Shown: positions 41,735 through 50,570 of the stretch, in pieces
How the letters are laid out: each line of letters starts with the position of its first letter
How positions within the stretch are numbered: position 1 is the stretch's first letter
Source: an uncultured virus (IMG/VR IMGVR_UViG_3300020191_000005)
Taxonomy: Duplodnaviria; Heunggongvirae; Uroviricota; Caudoviricetes
Virus record (IMG/VR): IMGVR_UViG_3300020191_000005
Location: 62,001-116,647 of that record
Strand: one strand, 5' to 3'
DNA: 54,647 nucleotides
Translations under genes and position numbers: made by a program
Notes under the pieces: generated by a model
Told to the model about the DNA's origin: nothing
The model's input: the letters and a program-made list of their open reading frames with translations, nothing else
Databases searched by the model: none

Positions 41735-43174
41735 GTGAAACAAAATACTGATTACGGATTTGATATCCAAAAAACATATTTAGAAATTATGTTAAGCGAT
41801 GCACAAACATTTGTGCGTTGTCAGGGTATCTTTGATCCAGAAAGTTTTGACCGTAATCTACAAGCAGGTGCTACATTTATTAGAGACTTTGTTGCAGAAC
41901 ACAACACACTTCCTACAGAACAAATTGTTAATAGTGCATGTCCAGGTACTAATTTAAAAATTCCAACAGGACTTAATGAACAACACTATGATTGGTTATT
42001 GAATGACTTTGAAACATTTAGTAGGCACAAAGCATTAGAGAAAGCAATTTTAACAAGTGCTGACTTGATTGAAAAAGGTGAGTATGGTCAGTGCGAGAGT
42101 CTAGTCAAAGAAGCAGTACAGATTGGATTACAAAAAGACTTAGGTATTGACTACTTTAAAGATCCTAAAGGTAGACTGCTAGGACTAAAAGACAACAACG
42201 GACAAGTAAGCACAGGCTGGGAAGCACTAGACAAGAAACTGTTTGGTGGCTTTAACAAAGGCGAGCTTAATATATTTGCAGGTGGATCAGGTGCAGGTAA
42301 GAGTTTGTTCTTGGCTAACCTAGGAGTTAACTGGGCAACACAAGGTATGAATGTTGTGTATCTAAGTTTAGAACTTAGTGAAGCACTAGTAAGTATGCGT
42401 ATTGACAGTATGATGACTGAGATACCTAGCAGAGAAATATTTAAAGATCTTGACGGTGTTGAAATGAAAGTCAAGATGATGGGCAAGAAATCAGGTGCAT
42501 TACAAGTCAAGTATATGCCAAGTGGTAAGACAACCAATGATGTAAGAAGTTATATCAAAGAGTATGAAGTTAAAACAGGACGCAAAGTAGACGTACTATT
42601 GATTGACTATTTGGATTTGCTTATGCCAATAGGACAAAAGATTAGTGCAGAGAACTTGTATGTTAAAGACAAATATGTAAGTGAAGAACTACGTAACTTG
42701 GCAATGGAACTGGGTTGTATTTTTGTTACAGCATCGCAGTTGAATAGATCAAGTGTAGAAGAAATTGAATTTGATCACAGTCACATCAGTGGTGGACTTA
42801 GTAAGATTCAAACTGCTGATAACGTGATTGGTATCTTTACAAGTAGAGCTATGCGTGAACGTGGTAGATATCAAATACAGCTAATGAAGACACGTTCATC
42901 AAGTGGTGTAGGTGCAAAGATTGATCTAGAGTTTGACATTGATTGTTTGCGTATTAGAAACTTAGATGAGGATGATGACGGCAGTGGTTATGGTGCGGCT
43001 CCGCAGAGTAGTATTATGGACAGTCTAAAACGTAACACTAATGTTACCACAGACAAAGAACCAGACACACCAAAAGAACCCAACGAAGGTGCTCCAATAG
43101 GCAAAGTAAGAGCACAAACAGACAGTACTAAACTTAGAAGCTTCCTTGCTAATCTAGGTGATGACGATGAGTAG
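41735..43174 (+). CDS. Replicative DNA helicase (DnaB / T4 gp41-like)
   Basis: GGSGAGKS, SLEL, IDYLDL, TASQLNR, QTAD, MKTR. Confidence 0.92.
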   Translation: MKQNTDYGFDIQKTYLEIMLSDAQTFVRCQGIFDPESFDRNLQAGATFIRDFVAEHNTLPTEQIVNSACPGTNLKIPTGLNEQHYDWLLNDFETFSRHKALEKAILTSADLIEKGEYGQCESLVKEAVQIGLQKDLGIDYFKDPKGRLLGLKDNNGQVSTGWEALDKKLFGGFNKGELNIFAGGSGAGKSLFLANLGVNWATQGMNVVYLSLELSEALVSMRIDSMMTEIPSREIFKDLDGVEMKVKMMGKKSGALQVKYMPSGKTTNDVRSYIKEYEVKTGRKVDVLLIDYLDLLMPIGQKISAENLYVKDKYVSEELRNLAMELGCIFVTASQLNRSSVEEIEFDHSHISGGLSKIQTADNVIGIFTSRAMRERGRYQIQLMKTRSSSGVGAKIDLEFDIDCLRIRNLDEDDDGSGYGAAPQSSIMDSLKRNTNVTTDKEPDTPKEPNEGAPIGKVRAQTDSTKLRSFLANLGDDDE

Positions 43175-43931
43175 AAAGATTTATTTCTTTGGCGACAGCT
43201 TTACAGTAGACTACGAAACAGATTGGACTTGGACAAGACAACTTGCAGAGAAACTGCATGTGGACGGATTAGTCAATCACAGTATGGTAGGTACCAGCAA
43301 TGACTGGATACTAATGAAGCTACGTGAATGTATTCCAACACTAACTGCCAATGATGTAGTTGTAGTAGTTACTACAAGTTTATATCGTCATTGGTTCATC
43401 AAAGACTTTCCAGAACTATCAAACTATATGATCGGCAACTGGTCACAGATGGCCGCAAAAGAACACATCGATCAAGATGTAATTGATAGTGTACAAGGTT
43501 ATGCTGTAAATCTACAACGCAACGACATTGATCAGTTTAGATTTGAAACACAGGTAGCATGGTTAAAGGGTGTACAAACAACTGTAGGTTGTAGTCTGTT
43601 GTTGATACCGGGTTTTGAAATGCCCATTGACTTTAAAGGATTGGTTAGAGTACACGGTGATATGACCAATACACTAAGCAACAATGAATTCGTTACACTA
43701 GAACAAAGAGACTTATGGTACCGACGAGGCATTGACACTCGCTACAATCATATGATTCGTGACAACCATGACTCGCTATCAGACAAGTGTGTCAACAGCA
43801 TACTCACAGGAAATGATTTGGATCTAACTGACGGATTCAAAATACATCAGCTACACAGCGATGACAAAGACACACACAAACAAATTGGACCTAAACTAGT
43901 AGAACTAAACAAACAGCTATACGGGAGTTAA
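43167..43931 (+). CDS. SGNH/GDSL-like hypothetical protein
   Basis: FFGDSFT block I, GTSN, late NH motif. Confidence 0.55.
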   Translation: MSRKIYFFGDSFTVDYETDWTWTRQLAEKLHVDGLVNHSMVGTSNDWILMKLRECIPTLTANDVVVVVTTSLYRHWFIKDFPELSNYMIGNWSQMAAKEHIDQDVIDSVQGYAVNLQRNDIDQFRFETQVAWLKGVQTTVGCSLLLIPGFEMPIDFKGLVRVHGDMTNTLSNNEFVTLEQRDLWYRRGIDTRYNHMIRDNHDSLSDKCVNSILTGNDLDLTDGFKIHQLHSDDKDTHKQIGPKLVELNKQLYGS

Positions 43932-43932
43932 T

Positions 43933-44277
43933 ATGCAAGTACATATCAAAGACATCGGTGGTGAAATTGTAAAAGAAGACGATCGCTACATAGTCAAAGA
44001 CAATACAAGTCTACGTAACCTAGCATTGAGCAGTACGTTTCTTACAGCAGGTAAGAGTACTACAGGACATGCACACGTAGGACAAGAAGAAGTATACTAC
44101 TTTGTAGAAGGTGTAGGTGAAATGGAATTGATTTCAACCAACGGAGAACGCACACTAGAGACTGTTGGTCCTGGAAGCGTGGTACTAATTCAAGATGGTT
44201 ACTTTCATAGAGTACACAACACAGGCGACTATGGCTTGTACTTTGTGTGCGTATTTGACGGCACACGAAAGATCTAA
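43933..44277 (+). CDS. Cupin-domain protein
   Basis: GHAH...EEVYYFVEG...GYFHRVHN. Confidence 0.8.
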   Translation: MQVHIKDIGGEIVKEDDRYIVKDNTSLRNLALSSTFLTAGKSTTGHAHVGQEEVYYFVEGVGEMELISTNGERTLETVGPGSVVLIQDGYFHRVHNTGDYGLYFVCVFDGTRKI

Positions 44278-44282
44278 TTTAA

Positions 44283-44993
44283 ATGTATTCAATGATCCCT
44301 ATGACTGCGGATGAAATCCGTGACCTACTAGAACAAACTACTTTGGATAATTTACAAATTGAATTAGAAAGTAGAATTGGTCCTAATCGCAAAGATCTAG
44401 AAAAGGGTCGCCCTTTTCAAATTGCAAAAGAAGCATGGGAGTATGCTCTTGCAGATGCACTAGAATGGAAAGGTGGTAAGTGGGTAGGTCATGGAAACAA
44501 TCCTGAAGACGTTCGTGTACACGACCATGTGCATTATGATGTAAAAGGACTTAGTGGATCATGGACTGGAACCAGCAGTGAAGCAAGTATTAAACAAAGT
44601 TTAAAAACTGAATTTCGAATTGATGAAAACTTTCAAAAAGAAAATAGTCAAGAACTTTGGAACAGTACTGTGGACCCGTGGATTAAAAAAGTGTTTGACA
44701 AAGACAACTATTACATTAGTGTGTTTTGGCGGCACAATAAAGATTTAAATATTAGGTTGGTTATGTTTCGAATAGATGCAGGTACTATGCCCAACTACGA
44801 TAGCACACAATGCTGTTTTAATCCTAGTGGAACCACAATGAATATTCTAAACATTGCAGATCCAACACATGCTAAAATTTATGTACTAAAAAGTAAAAAA
44901 CGCATGGAACTACGCATCAAGGGAAAATTCTTTAATGATGCTCATTGGTATGTGCCAGTATACGATTTTACCCAAACTCCCATTGTAGAGTAA
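44283..44993 (+). CDS. Putative PD-(D/E)XK restriction-like endonuclease
   Basis: WE...PEDV...YDVKG motif spacing. Confidence 0.45.
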   Translation: MYSMIPMTADEIRDLLEQTTLDNLQIELESRIGPNRKDLEKGRPFQIAKEAWEYALADALEWKGGKWVGHGNNPEDVRVHDHVHYDVKGLSGSWTGTSSEASIKQSLKTEFRIDENFQKENSQELWNSTVDPWIKKVFDKDNYYISVFWRHNKDLNIRLVMFRIDAGTMPNYDSTQCCFNPSGTTMNILNIADPTHAKIYVLKSKKRMELRIKGKFFNDAHWYVPVYDFTQTPIVE

Positions 44994-45059
44994 AAAAAAA
45001 TTGATCAAAAAAAATTTCACAAGTACTTGGTGTTTTTGCCACGAAGTTTAAATACTAGT

Positions 45060-45518
45060 ATGCTTAGACTACAAGGACATGGATTCAAACACTATGGCAG
45101 TGAATGGCCTGACATAGAACAAGAAGTTGAATGGCACTTTCAAGAAGCCACAAAGACCAACGGACATCCTGTACGCATTGAGTTTGTACATAGTGCTCTA
45201 ACAGTTACAGCTAGTTTGGATCAGCTACAGTGGATAGACGAACTCAAAGAACACTACGGTGTAGTTGTAGAGCTGAGTCACACACAAGATCAAACACTTC
45301 CCCCAAACAGTCTAACACCAGACTATGACGTATACTTGGACAGGGTGATATTTTGGATAGCCAACAATCCTGAATGGCGTGATCATGCACAGGTCTACAA
45401 GGACATGCTCAACAGTTTGGGAGATGCGCCATTGCCCACACAACTAATACCCAACCAGGACAAGCATCCAGAACTTGCACATTGGTTTGCATGTGCAGAC
45501 AAAGCCGCGAAGCGGTAA
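45060..45518 (+). CDS. Hypothetical protein (start reassigned to 45060)
   Basis: TAAATA-N5-ATG upstream architecture. Confidence 0.55.
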   Translation: MLRLQGHGFKHYGSEWPDIEQEVEWHFQEATKTNGHPVRIEFVHSALTVTASLDQLQWIDELKEHYGVVVELSHTQDQTLPPNSLTPDYDVYLDRVIFWIANNPEWRDHAQVYKDMLNSLGDAPLPTQLIPNQDKHPELAHWFACADKAAKR

Positions 45519-45766
45519 AGCCATTTAGAGCCTTTAGGCGATCGCGGTAATTTTAGAGCACGAAGTGCAGTACGCAAAATTTTATCCACCTCTTAAATCA
45601 CAATGTAAACCTCTTTCGTGGGTGTTTTTTACCATGCATTTACGGTGTCTGTAGTGTGCCTAAATCCAGCCTAAATGGCTCTTATTTTGCACTTAAGGTG
45701 TTTTAGGGTACACATACTGCTCAGACGTGGAAACAAGCGTATAACGCTGTTTAAATGCGTTTAAAC

Positions 45767-45988
45767 CTAGTGATCGTATAGGGTCTTAGTGTTGCTATTA
45801 ATGTACACAGGCTTGCAGTAAGCAGTTATTCTATGCTCTGCAGGTACTAGGTGTTTGCTACCATAATTGCCGTATTGACGTGGTACACGTGCCGCATAGT
45901 ATTGGCATACATCTATGCTACGAAAATACATTGGATTTGGTTGTGGAACGTCAGCTATGAGCACCATCAACATGAACGCATGTAGCAT
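45767..45988 (-). CDS. Small hypothetical protein with hydrophobic N-terminus
   Basis: ATG abuts the upstream stop; F.S...C...AYCKP pattern. Confidence 0.6.
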   Translation of the reverse strand: MLHAFMLMVLIADVPQPNPMYFRSIDVCQYYAARVPRQYGNYGSKHLVPAEHRITAYCKPVYINSNTKTLYDH

Positions 45989-46471
45989 TTACCAGCGTCC
46001 TTGCCCTAGACCCACAGCGTATACAATACCGCCGATGACAACACACATCGCTATGATCATAGCCCCTATGGTCACAGCTTCAATAAACGCTCGTTGACGT
46101 TGTTCTTGTGCGTATACAGTAGCTTCTCGCTTGGCACGTATCTTACGCCTCATCTGTACTAGTTCATCCCATGTGCCCCAGCCATAACGCATGTTGAGCA
46201 TCTGCTGTAGTTCTTTTTCTTGTTCTGCTATTTTCTTTTCGTGTACTAGTAGTGCTAGTGCTTCTTCCTCTACACTACCTGCGGCAAACAGTTTTTTAAA
46301 CAATGGTGGGTTCTTGGCCTGCTGTTGTGCATGTCTAAAGTCACTCACACTAGTATACCACTTGCCCATTTGACCAAGTGTGTTCTCTAGTTCTTGTCCT
46401 GCATGTACAAACTTCTTAACAGTATTGAATGCAGTGGTAGCCGCCGCTATGGCTGTGAACGGATCGATAAT
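45989..46471 (-). CDS. Membrane-anchored hypothetical protein, probably with an ATT start
   Basis: The frame is open 34 codons upstream of ATG 46369, back to ATT 46471 with AGGGGG 8 nt upstream; C-terminal transmembrane helix. Confidence 0.6.
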   Translation of the reverse strand: MIDPFTAIAAATTAFNTVKKFVHAGQELENTLGQMGKWYTSVSDFRHAQQQAKNPPLFKKLFAAGSVEEEALALLVHEKKIAEQEKELQQMLNMRYGWGTWDELVQMRRKIRAKREATVYAQEQRQRAFIEAVTIGAMIIAMCVVIGGIVYAVGLGQGRW

Positions 46472-46615
46472 TGACTTAGCCCCCTAAATAGATTACCCTG
46501 ACTGTGTACTAGTAGTATTTAAACCTGTGTGCGTATCATTATGTATACACTTAACAACACACACATTGACACTTGCATGTGTAGCGACTATACTAGTACT
46601 ACACGCGAGGCACTC

Positions 46616-46801
46616 TTAGCGTATGCTATTGAGTTTGTCCTTGATGCTAGTAGTAGCTGTACGAGTAGTAGTAGTCGTATGACTGCTAGTGTGTGCAGTA
46701 GTATGACTAGTGTATAACCCTGGGTGTTCAGCTTTGAACTGTGCTATACGCAGTTTGATAGCTAGTACACGGTCTTCTAGTGTGGGAACGTCCTTGTGCA
46801 T
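46616..46801 (-). CDS. Small protein with Thr/His low-complexity tract
   Basis: TAAATA-N5-ATG; 61 aa. Confidence 0.5.
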   Translation of the reverse strand: MHKDVPTLEDRVLAIKLRIAQFKAEHPGLYTSHTTAHTSSHTTTTTRTATTSIKDKLNSIR

Positions 46802-46991
46802 ACATGTATTTATTTTCCGAAATGGGTCCTGCAGGGTAAAAAATTAGATTACAAAAAAATAAGGTGAAGTACTTTTCAAAGTTGGGTGGTGGAATTAGAC
46901 CATGCATGTGCTGTGTAAGTGTTTGAAAATATTATATATATGCCCCCCGGCCGAAATTATTTTTTATTTTTTTCTTATGCCTCCAGGGGTC

Positions 46992-47026
46992 AAAAGAAAA
47001 GGAGAACCGTTTCCGATCCTCCTTCT
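46992..47026 (-). terminator. Rho-independent terminator ending the early array
   Basis: Minus strand GGAGGATCG-GAAA-CGGTTCTCC-TTTTCTTTT. Confidence 0.75.
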
Positions 47027-47064
47027 GTGACTTGATGGAGTGTCACGCTCCTCAGAGGCTAGGA

Positions 47065-47184
47065 CTAATCTCTAAAGCCTTCACCCTTGAACAAGTGCTC
47101 TAGCCTATGTGCTAAGACTAGTACTGCTAGCCGTAGTAGGCTAGTCTCTGCATATGTGCCTGCTGGTACGTGTAGTGTATACAT
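47065..47184 (-). CDS. Small protein, 39 aa (absent from the ORF track)
   Basis: GGGAGG RBS; MYTLHVPAGTYAETSLLRLAVLVLAHRLEHLFKGEGFRD. Confidence 0.65.
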   Translation of the reverse strand: MYTLHVPAGTYAETSLLRLAVLVLAHRLEHLFKGEGFRD

Positions 47185-47195
47185 TGTGACCTCCC

Positions 47196-47579
47196 TTAGT
47201 CTGCTCTGCTACCCATGTATGCTTTAAACCCTGCACCTCGCAGTACCTCAGCATAGGCCTGTGCCCCTGCTTCTTTAACGTCCATGCTCTGACCAGCATA
47301 GCCTGTGCAGTTCCACAGTTGATAAGCCTTGCCTGTCCAGTCCTTACGAAAGCCCATGCTCTCTATTACTCTACGTTCTAGCTTACCCAACCTAGTGTTG
47401 CCCTTGTGCTCTGGGTGTATAGTAACCCAAGCAAAGCCACAGTACATTGGCTCACCATACTCATTGCCACCTGTGTTGGCTGTCCACTCTGCTAGGAACT
47501 TGGCCTGTGCACCTTCAGCGGCCTTACGTGCTGTGTCTACTAATAGTTCTGTGTCTGTTGTTTGTGTTGTTGTTTGCAT
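47196..47579 (-). CDS. Hypothetical early protein
   Basis: Own promoter and GAGGGCA box; CGFAWV, QSMDVKEAGA motifs. Confidence 0.75.
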   Translation of the reverse strand: MQTTTQTTDTELLVDTARKAAEGAQAKFLAEWTANTGGNEYGEPMYCGFAWVTIHPEHKGNTRLGKLERRVIESMGFRKDWTGKAYQLWNCTGYAGQSMDVKEAGAQAYAEVLRGAGFKAYMGSRAD

Positions 47580-47656
47580 ATTGCCCTCGCTTTGTTTAGT
47601 TTATACTATTATAATACATTCAGTTGAGCCAAAGGTCAACCAAAAAATACACAACT

Positions 47657-47986
47657 CTAAGTTGTGTATCGTTCTCCTGTTATGATGTTTACCATCTCTA
47701 CACCCTCGCCCATAGCGGCTCTAGCTTCGCTTCGTTCTTCAGCAATCTGTTCTGCACTACGTTGACTCTGTGCTACACGGTACTCTGCAATTGATTTGGT
47801 TGTGTACAAGTCTCTGGCAAACGCTGTGATCTCTACACAGTCTGCATCAACCAGGCCTTCATAGTGTAGTTCTCGCATAGCATCGTCCATAAGCGGACGG
47901 AACTCACCTGAATCAAACCTCCAACCAGCCGCGCCATCTTGGAAGTGTACTTCACCAGCGTTCCATTTGTCTGTGATATAACTCAT
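47657..47986 (-). CDS. Hypothetical early protein
   Basis: Own promoter and GAGGGTA box; C-terminal VNIITGERY. Confidence 0.75.
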   Translation of the reverse strand: MSYITDKWNAGEVHFQDGAAGWRFDSGEFRPLMDDAMRELHYEGLVDADCVEITAFARDLYTTKSIAEYRVAQSQRSAEQIAEERSEARAAMGEGVEMVNIITGERYTT

Positions 47987-48097
47987 TGCGTACCCTCTTC
48001 TTTATTGTTTATACTTACAGTATACAGTCTGCAATCCAATATGTCAACCAAAATCAGCAGGTTTTTTTCATTTATTTTATGGAGTTTTTGTCAAGGT

Positions 48098-48134
48098 GAA
48101 CCCCTGCATAGCGAGGGCACACTAGCAGGGGTTC
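48098..48134 (-). ncRNA. Stem-loop displaying UGCCCU(C), antisense to the GAGGGC leader box
   Basis: GAACCCCTGC/GCAGGGGTTC 10-bp stem; inner TAGTG/CGCTA pairs fully only on the minus strand (G-U). Confidence 0.5.
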
Positions 48135-48164
48135 GGTACAGTACAGAGCCAGGGTTGAGGGCTA

Positions 48165-49169
48165 TTAGGCTCGTTGCAGTACTGTATTCTCAGCCATTGC
48201 TTCCCAGTTGTCTGGAAAGGCTTTAGCGAGATCGGCCACCTTAAGCACAGTCCTTAGACTAAGCTCTCGGAGATTCTTTTTGTTGATGTCGATGAAGTCT
48301 ACCACTCGTTCGTGTGTTTCTTCATCTAGTGCATGTTTAGCTAACATGCCATCACCTACGATTTGTTTGATACGCAACATCTTCTCACGTTCGCTGTCAA
48401 TGGTAAGATCGATATAGTGGCATCTACTTTCAATTGCCGCTAGGTGATCTCTCATCTTCTTGCTCTTAACGTTTTCAAACTTGATGTTGGTAATGAATAT
48501 GCATGAGCCTTTGAACTCGAAGCTGTCCGGCACACCTTCGTTACGCAACTTGAAACTGTCTGTGTTCCAATGTATACGTCTTGAAGCTTTCGAATCCAGT
48601 GCGGCTTTTAAGATGTTTAAACTCAGGTCTTCTTGTAGGATTGAGTCACAGTCATCAAACACTAGCACATTGTCTTTGTCTGCATAGTTGAACAGTTTAC
48701 AGTAGAGACCAATTGCACTCATAGCACCCTTGACTACCTGATACTTGGCAGGTCGTTCACCTAACGTTGCGATCATGTCATGCTTGCCTAGCACTTTCTC
48801 TACACCAAAACTCTTGCCCACACCTGGAGGGCCTGTTACGATCATTGCACGTACATCGCCTTTCTTACATGCTTTGGTCATGTCTTCTAGGATCTGGAAA
48901 CGTTCTCTAAGACGCTCAATGGTCTCTTCATCTGTTTCTTCACGTACAGTTGTCTTCTTTTTAGTAACAGCATAGTCATCACTGCTGTTAACTTTGATCT
49001 TGATGTTACGGTCTGGGAAGCCAGCCATTGCTGATCCATCCACTGTTACGTAACCACCTTGGCTACCTACTTTGAACTCTTCCACCATTGGAAAGACCAT
49101 GCCCGCAAGTTCTACGTCTTTGCCACGGATCTTGTACGTGCCGCTTTTAATTTCAATTTGTGTTGTCAT
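48165..49169 (-). CDS. AAA/P-loop ATPase
   Basis: Walker A GPPGVGKS, Walker B LVFDDCD, IFITN, SR finger. Confidence 0.85.
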   Translation of the reverse strand: MTTQIEIKSGTYKIRGKDVELAGMVFPMVEEFKVGSQGGYVTVDGSAMAGFPDRNIKIKVNSSDDYAVTKKKTTVREETDEETIERLRERFQILEDMTKACKKGDVRAMIVTGPPGVGKSFGVEKVLGKHDMIATLGERPAKYQVVKGAMSAIGLYCKLFNYADKDNVLVFDDCDSILQEDLSLNILKAALDSKASRRIHWNTDSFKLRNEGVPDSFEFKGSCIFITNIKFENVKSKKMRDHLAAIESRCHYIDLTIDSEREKMLRIKQIVGDGMLAKHALDEETHERVVDFIDINKKNLRELSLRTVLKVADLAKAFPDNWEAMAENTVLQRA

Positions 49170-49252
49170 GTTAACCCTCTCAGTTGTGTGTGTTAGTGTG
49201 CCCTTATTGTTCTTATACTATAGCATCACATGCTACAGTTGTCAACCTCTAA

Positions 49253-49471
49253 TTATTCAAAATCTTCTGTTTCTCTGCCCTGAGCAAAGTCCATCAAGTC
49301 AGCCGCCAATGCCGCGGCCTGTGCTCGTGTCAATTGCAATGAGTCAAAGAACTCTGTGCCTACAGGTTGACGCTTCTTGGTTGTGACCTGGACGCATACT
49401 CCGCGGTCCACACCACCAGCGAACCTTGTCAATGATACGCCCTGTGCGTGTGATTTCAAATCTGTTGCCAT
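49253..49471 (-). CDS. Hypothetical early protein
   Basis: Own promoter and GAGGGCA box. Confidence 0.7.
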   Translation of the reverse strand: MATDLKSHAQGVSLTRFAGGVDRGVCVQVTTKKRQPVGTEFFDSLQLTRAQAAALAADLMDFAQGRETEDFE

Positions 49472-49512
49472 TTTGCCCTCTCTTCTTTATTGTTTATACT
49501 TACAGTATACAA

Positions 49513-49785
49513 TCAAACGTTCTGAATGTCAAGTTCTTTTTTGCTGAACTTTGCAACTAATTCTCTGTCGCTATCGCTTAGATCACTCATTCGCGGTCCA
49601 AACAGCACACCAATTTTGGTAAGCATTCCGCCTACATGGGTGAGCTGATTCAGTGTGGCCAGCTGAGCATCTTTGAGATGACCCAGTCCATTAGCAACAC
49701 CGTAGAACTCTGAATAGTCCATCATCGCACGACCAATGTCGGCTAGTTTTGCGTTCTGCTTGGTAACTTCATATTGATTGTTCAT
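49513..49785 (-). CDS. Hypothetical early protein
   Basis: Own promoter and GAGGGCA box. Confidence 0.7.
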   Translation of the reverse strand: MNNQYEVTKQNAKLADIGRAMMDYSEFYGVANGLGHLKDAQLATLNQLTHVGGMLTKIGVLFGPRMSDLSDSDRELVAKFSKKELDIQNV

Positions 49786-49848
49786 AGTGCCCTCATTTGT
49801 TATTATGTTTATACTATAGCACCAAAAGGTGCAGTTGTCAACCCCTAA

Positions 49849-50037
49849 TTAATCTAAATCACAGTCCCAATAGGTGCCATCGAATGTAGCACTCAACGCT
49901 CCTCCTGGATAGTCCTTGTGCTCGAACAAGATGTATGGTGCGCCGTTGTAAGAGTCAATCTTCTGTGTGTGGATGTTGACTTCATCTAGCTTGAGGAAAC
50001 GTTCACCTTCAAGTCCTGTTGTGTGTACTCTAATCAT
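49849..50037 (-). CDS. Hypothetical early protein
   Basis: Own promoter and GAGGGCA box. Confidence 0.7.
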   Translation of the reverse strand: MIRVHTTGLEGERFLKLDEVNIHTQKIDSYNGAPYILFEHKDYPGGALSATFDGTYWDCDLD

Positions 50038-50114
50038 TGGATGCCCTCCGTTTGTTCTAACTATACATATACTATAACACCAATTGGATCACTTGTCAAC
50101 CATTTTATTTCCCT

Positions 50115-50155
50115 GCCCGGGGAAGTCTTACATGAGGGCGGTTGCTCCCCCGGGC
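50115..50155 (-). ncRNA. Stem-loop downstream of tRNA-Leu displaying GCCCUCAU
   Basis: GCCCGGGGGAG/CTTCCCCGGGC 11-bp stem (G-U on minus strand, A-C mismatch on plus); loop CAACCGCCCTCATGTAAGA. Confidence 0.5.
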
Positions 50156-50167
50156 GGTACTTACCTT

Positions 50168-50255
50168 TGGTACTCGCGGGCGGACTCGAACCGCCACGGC
50201 CATTACAGCCTCCGGATTTTAAGTCCGGTATGTCTACCAATTCCATCACGCGAGC
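50168..50255 (-). tRNA. tRNA-Leu(UAA)
   Basis: Cloverleaf with anticodon arm CCGGA-CT-TAA-AA-TCCGG, long variable arm, GGTTCGAGTCC T-arm and encoded CCA. Confidence 0.95.
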
Positions 50256-50260
50256 ATTGT

Positions 50261-50337
50261 TGGCCTGCCCTGTAGGATTCGAACCTACGACCTACAGCTT
50301 AGAAGGCTGTTGCTCTATCCAGCTGAGCTAAGGGCAG
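50261..50337 (-). tRNA. tRNA-Arg(UCU)
   Basis: Acceptor CTGCCCT/AGGGCAG, anticodon arm ACAGC-CT-TCT-AA-GCTGT, GGTTCGAATCC T-arm and encoded CCA. Confidence 0.95.
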
Positions 50338-50570
50338 TAACTAAAATGATTTGATTTGATCCTCTTCTGATCTTCTTATGATGTCTTACTATAACACAAC
50401 CAAGGACGGTTGTCAACCTCTAAATGAAAATTTATGAAGTAAGCTGGCCGAGCCTTGGTACGCAACGTTCGGGCTCTGGTTTAATGCAACGTGAACTAGT
50501 ATTAACCATTCACAACCAGCTTCTTCAAAGGAAGGCTCTTAGTCAGTGCCTCCCCTATTGGACTGCAATA

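Noticed and set aside
194..44266. Numerous antisense or alternate-frame ORFs in the six-frame track
   Set aside because: They are nested within well-supported genes and lack RBS, promoter or recognisable motifs.
46978..47060. Hammerhead ribozyme (CTGAGGA...GAAA on the minus strand)
   Set aside because: The stem II/III geometry does not fit the hammerhead core; the GAAA is the tetraloop of a terminator hairpin.
50023..50331. ORFs 50023-50331(+), 50061-50249(-) and 50084-50275(+)
   Set aside because: They overlap two clear tRNA genes and are spurious.
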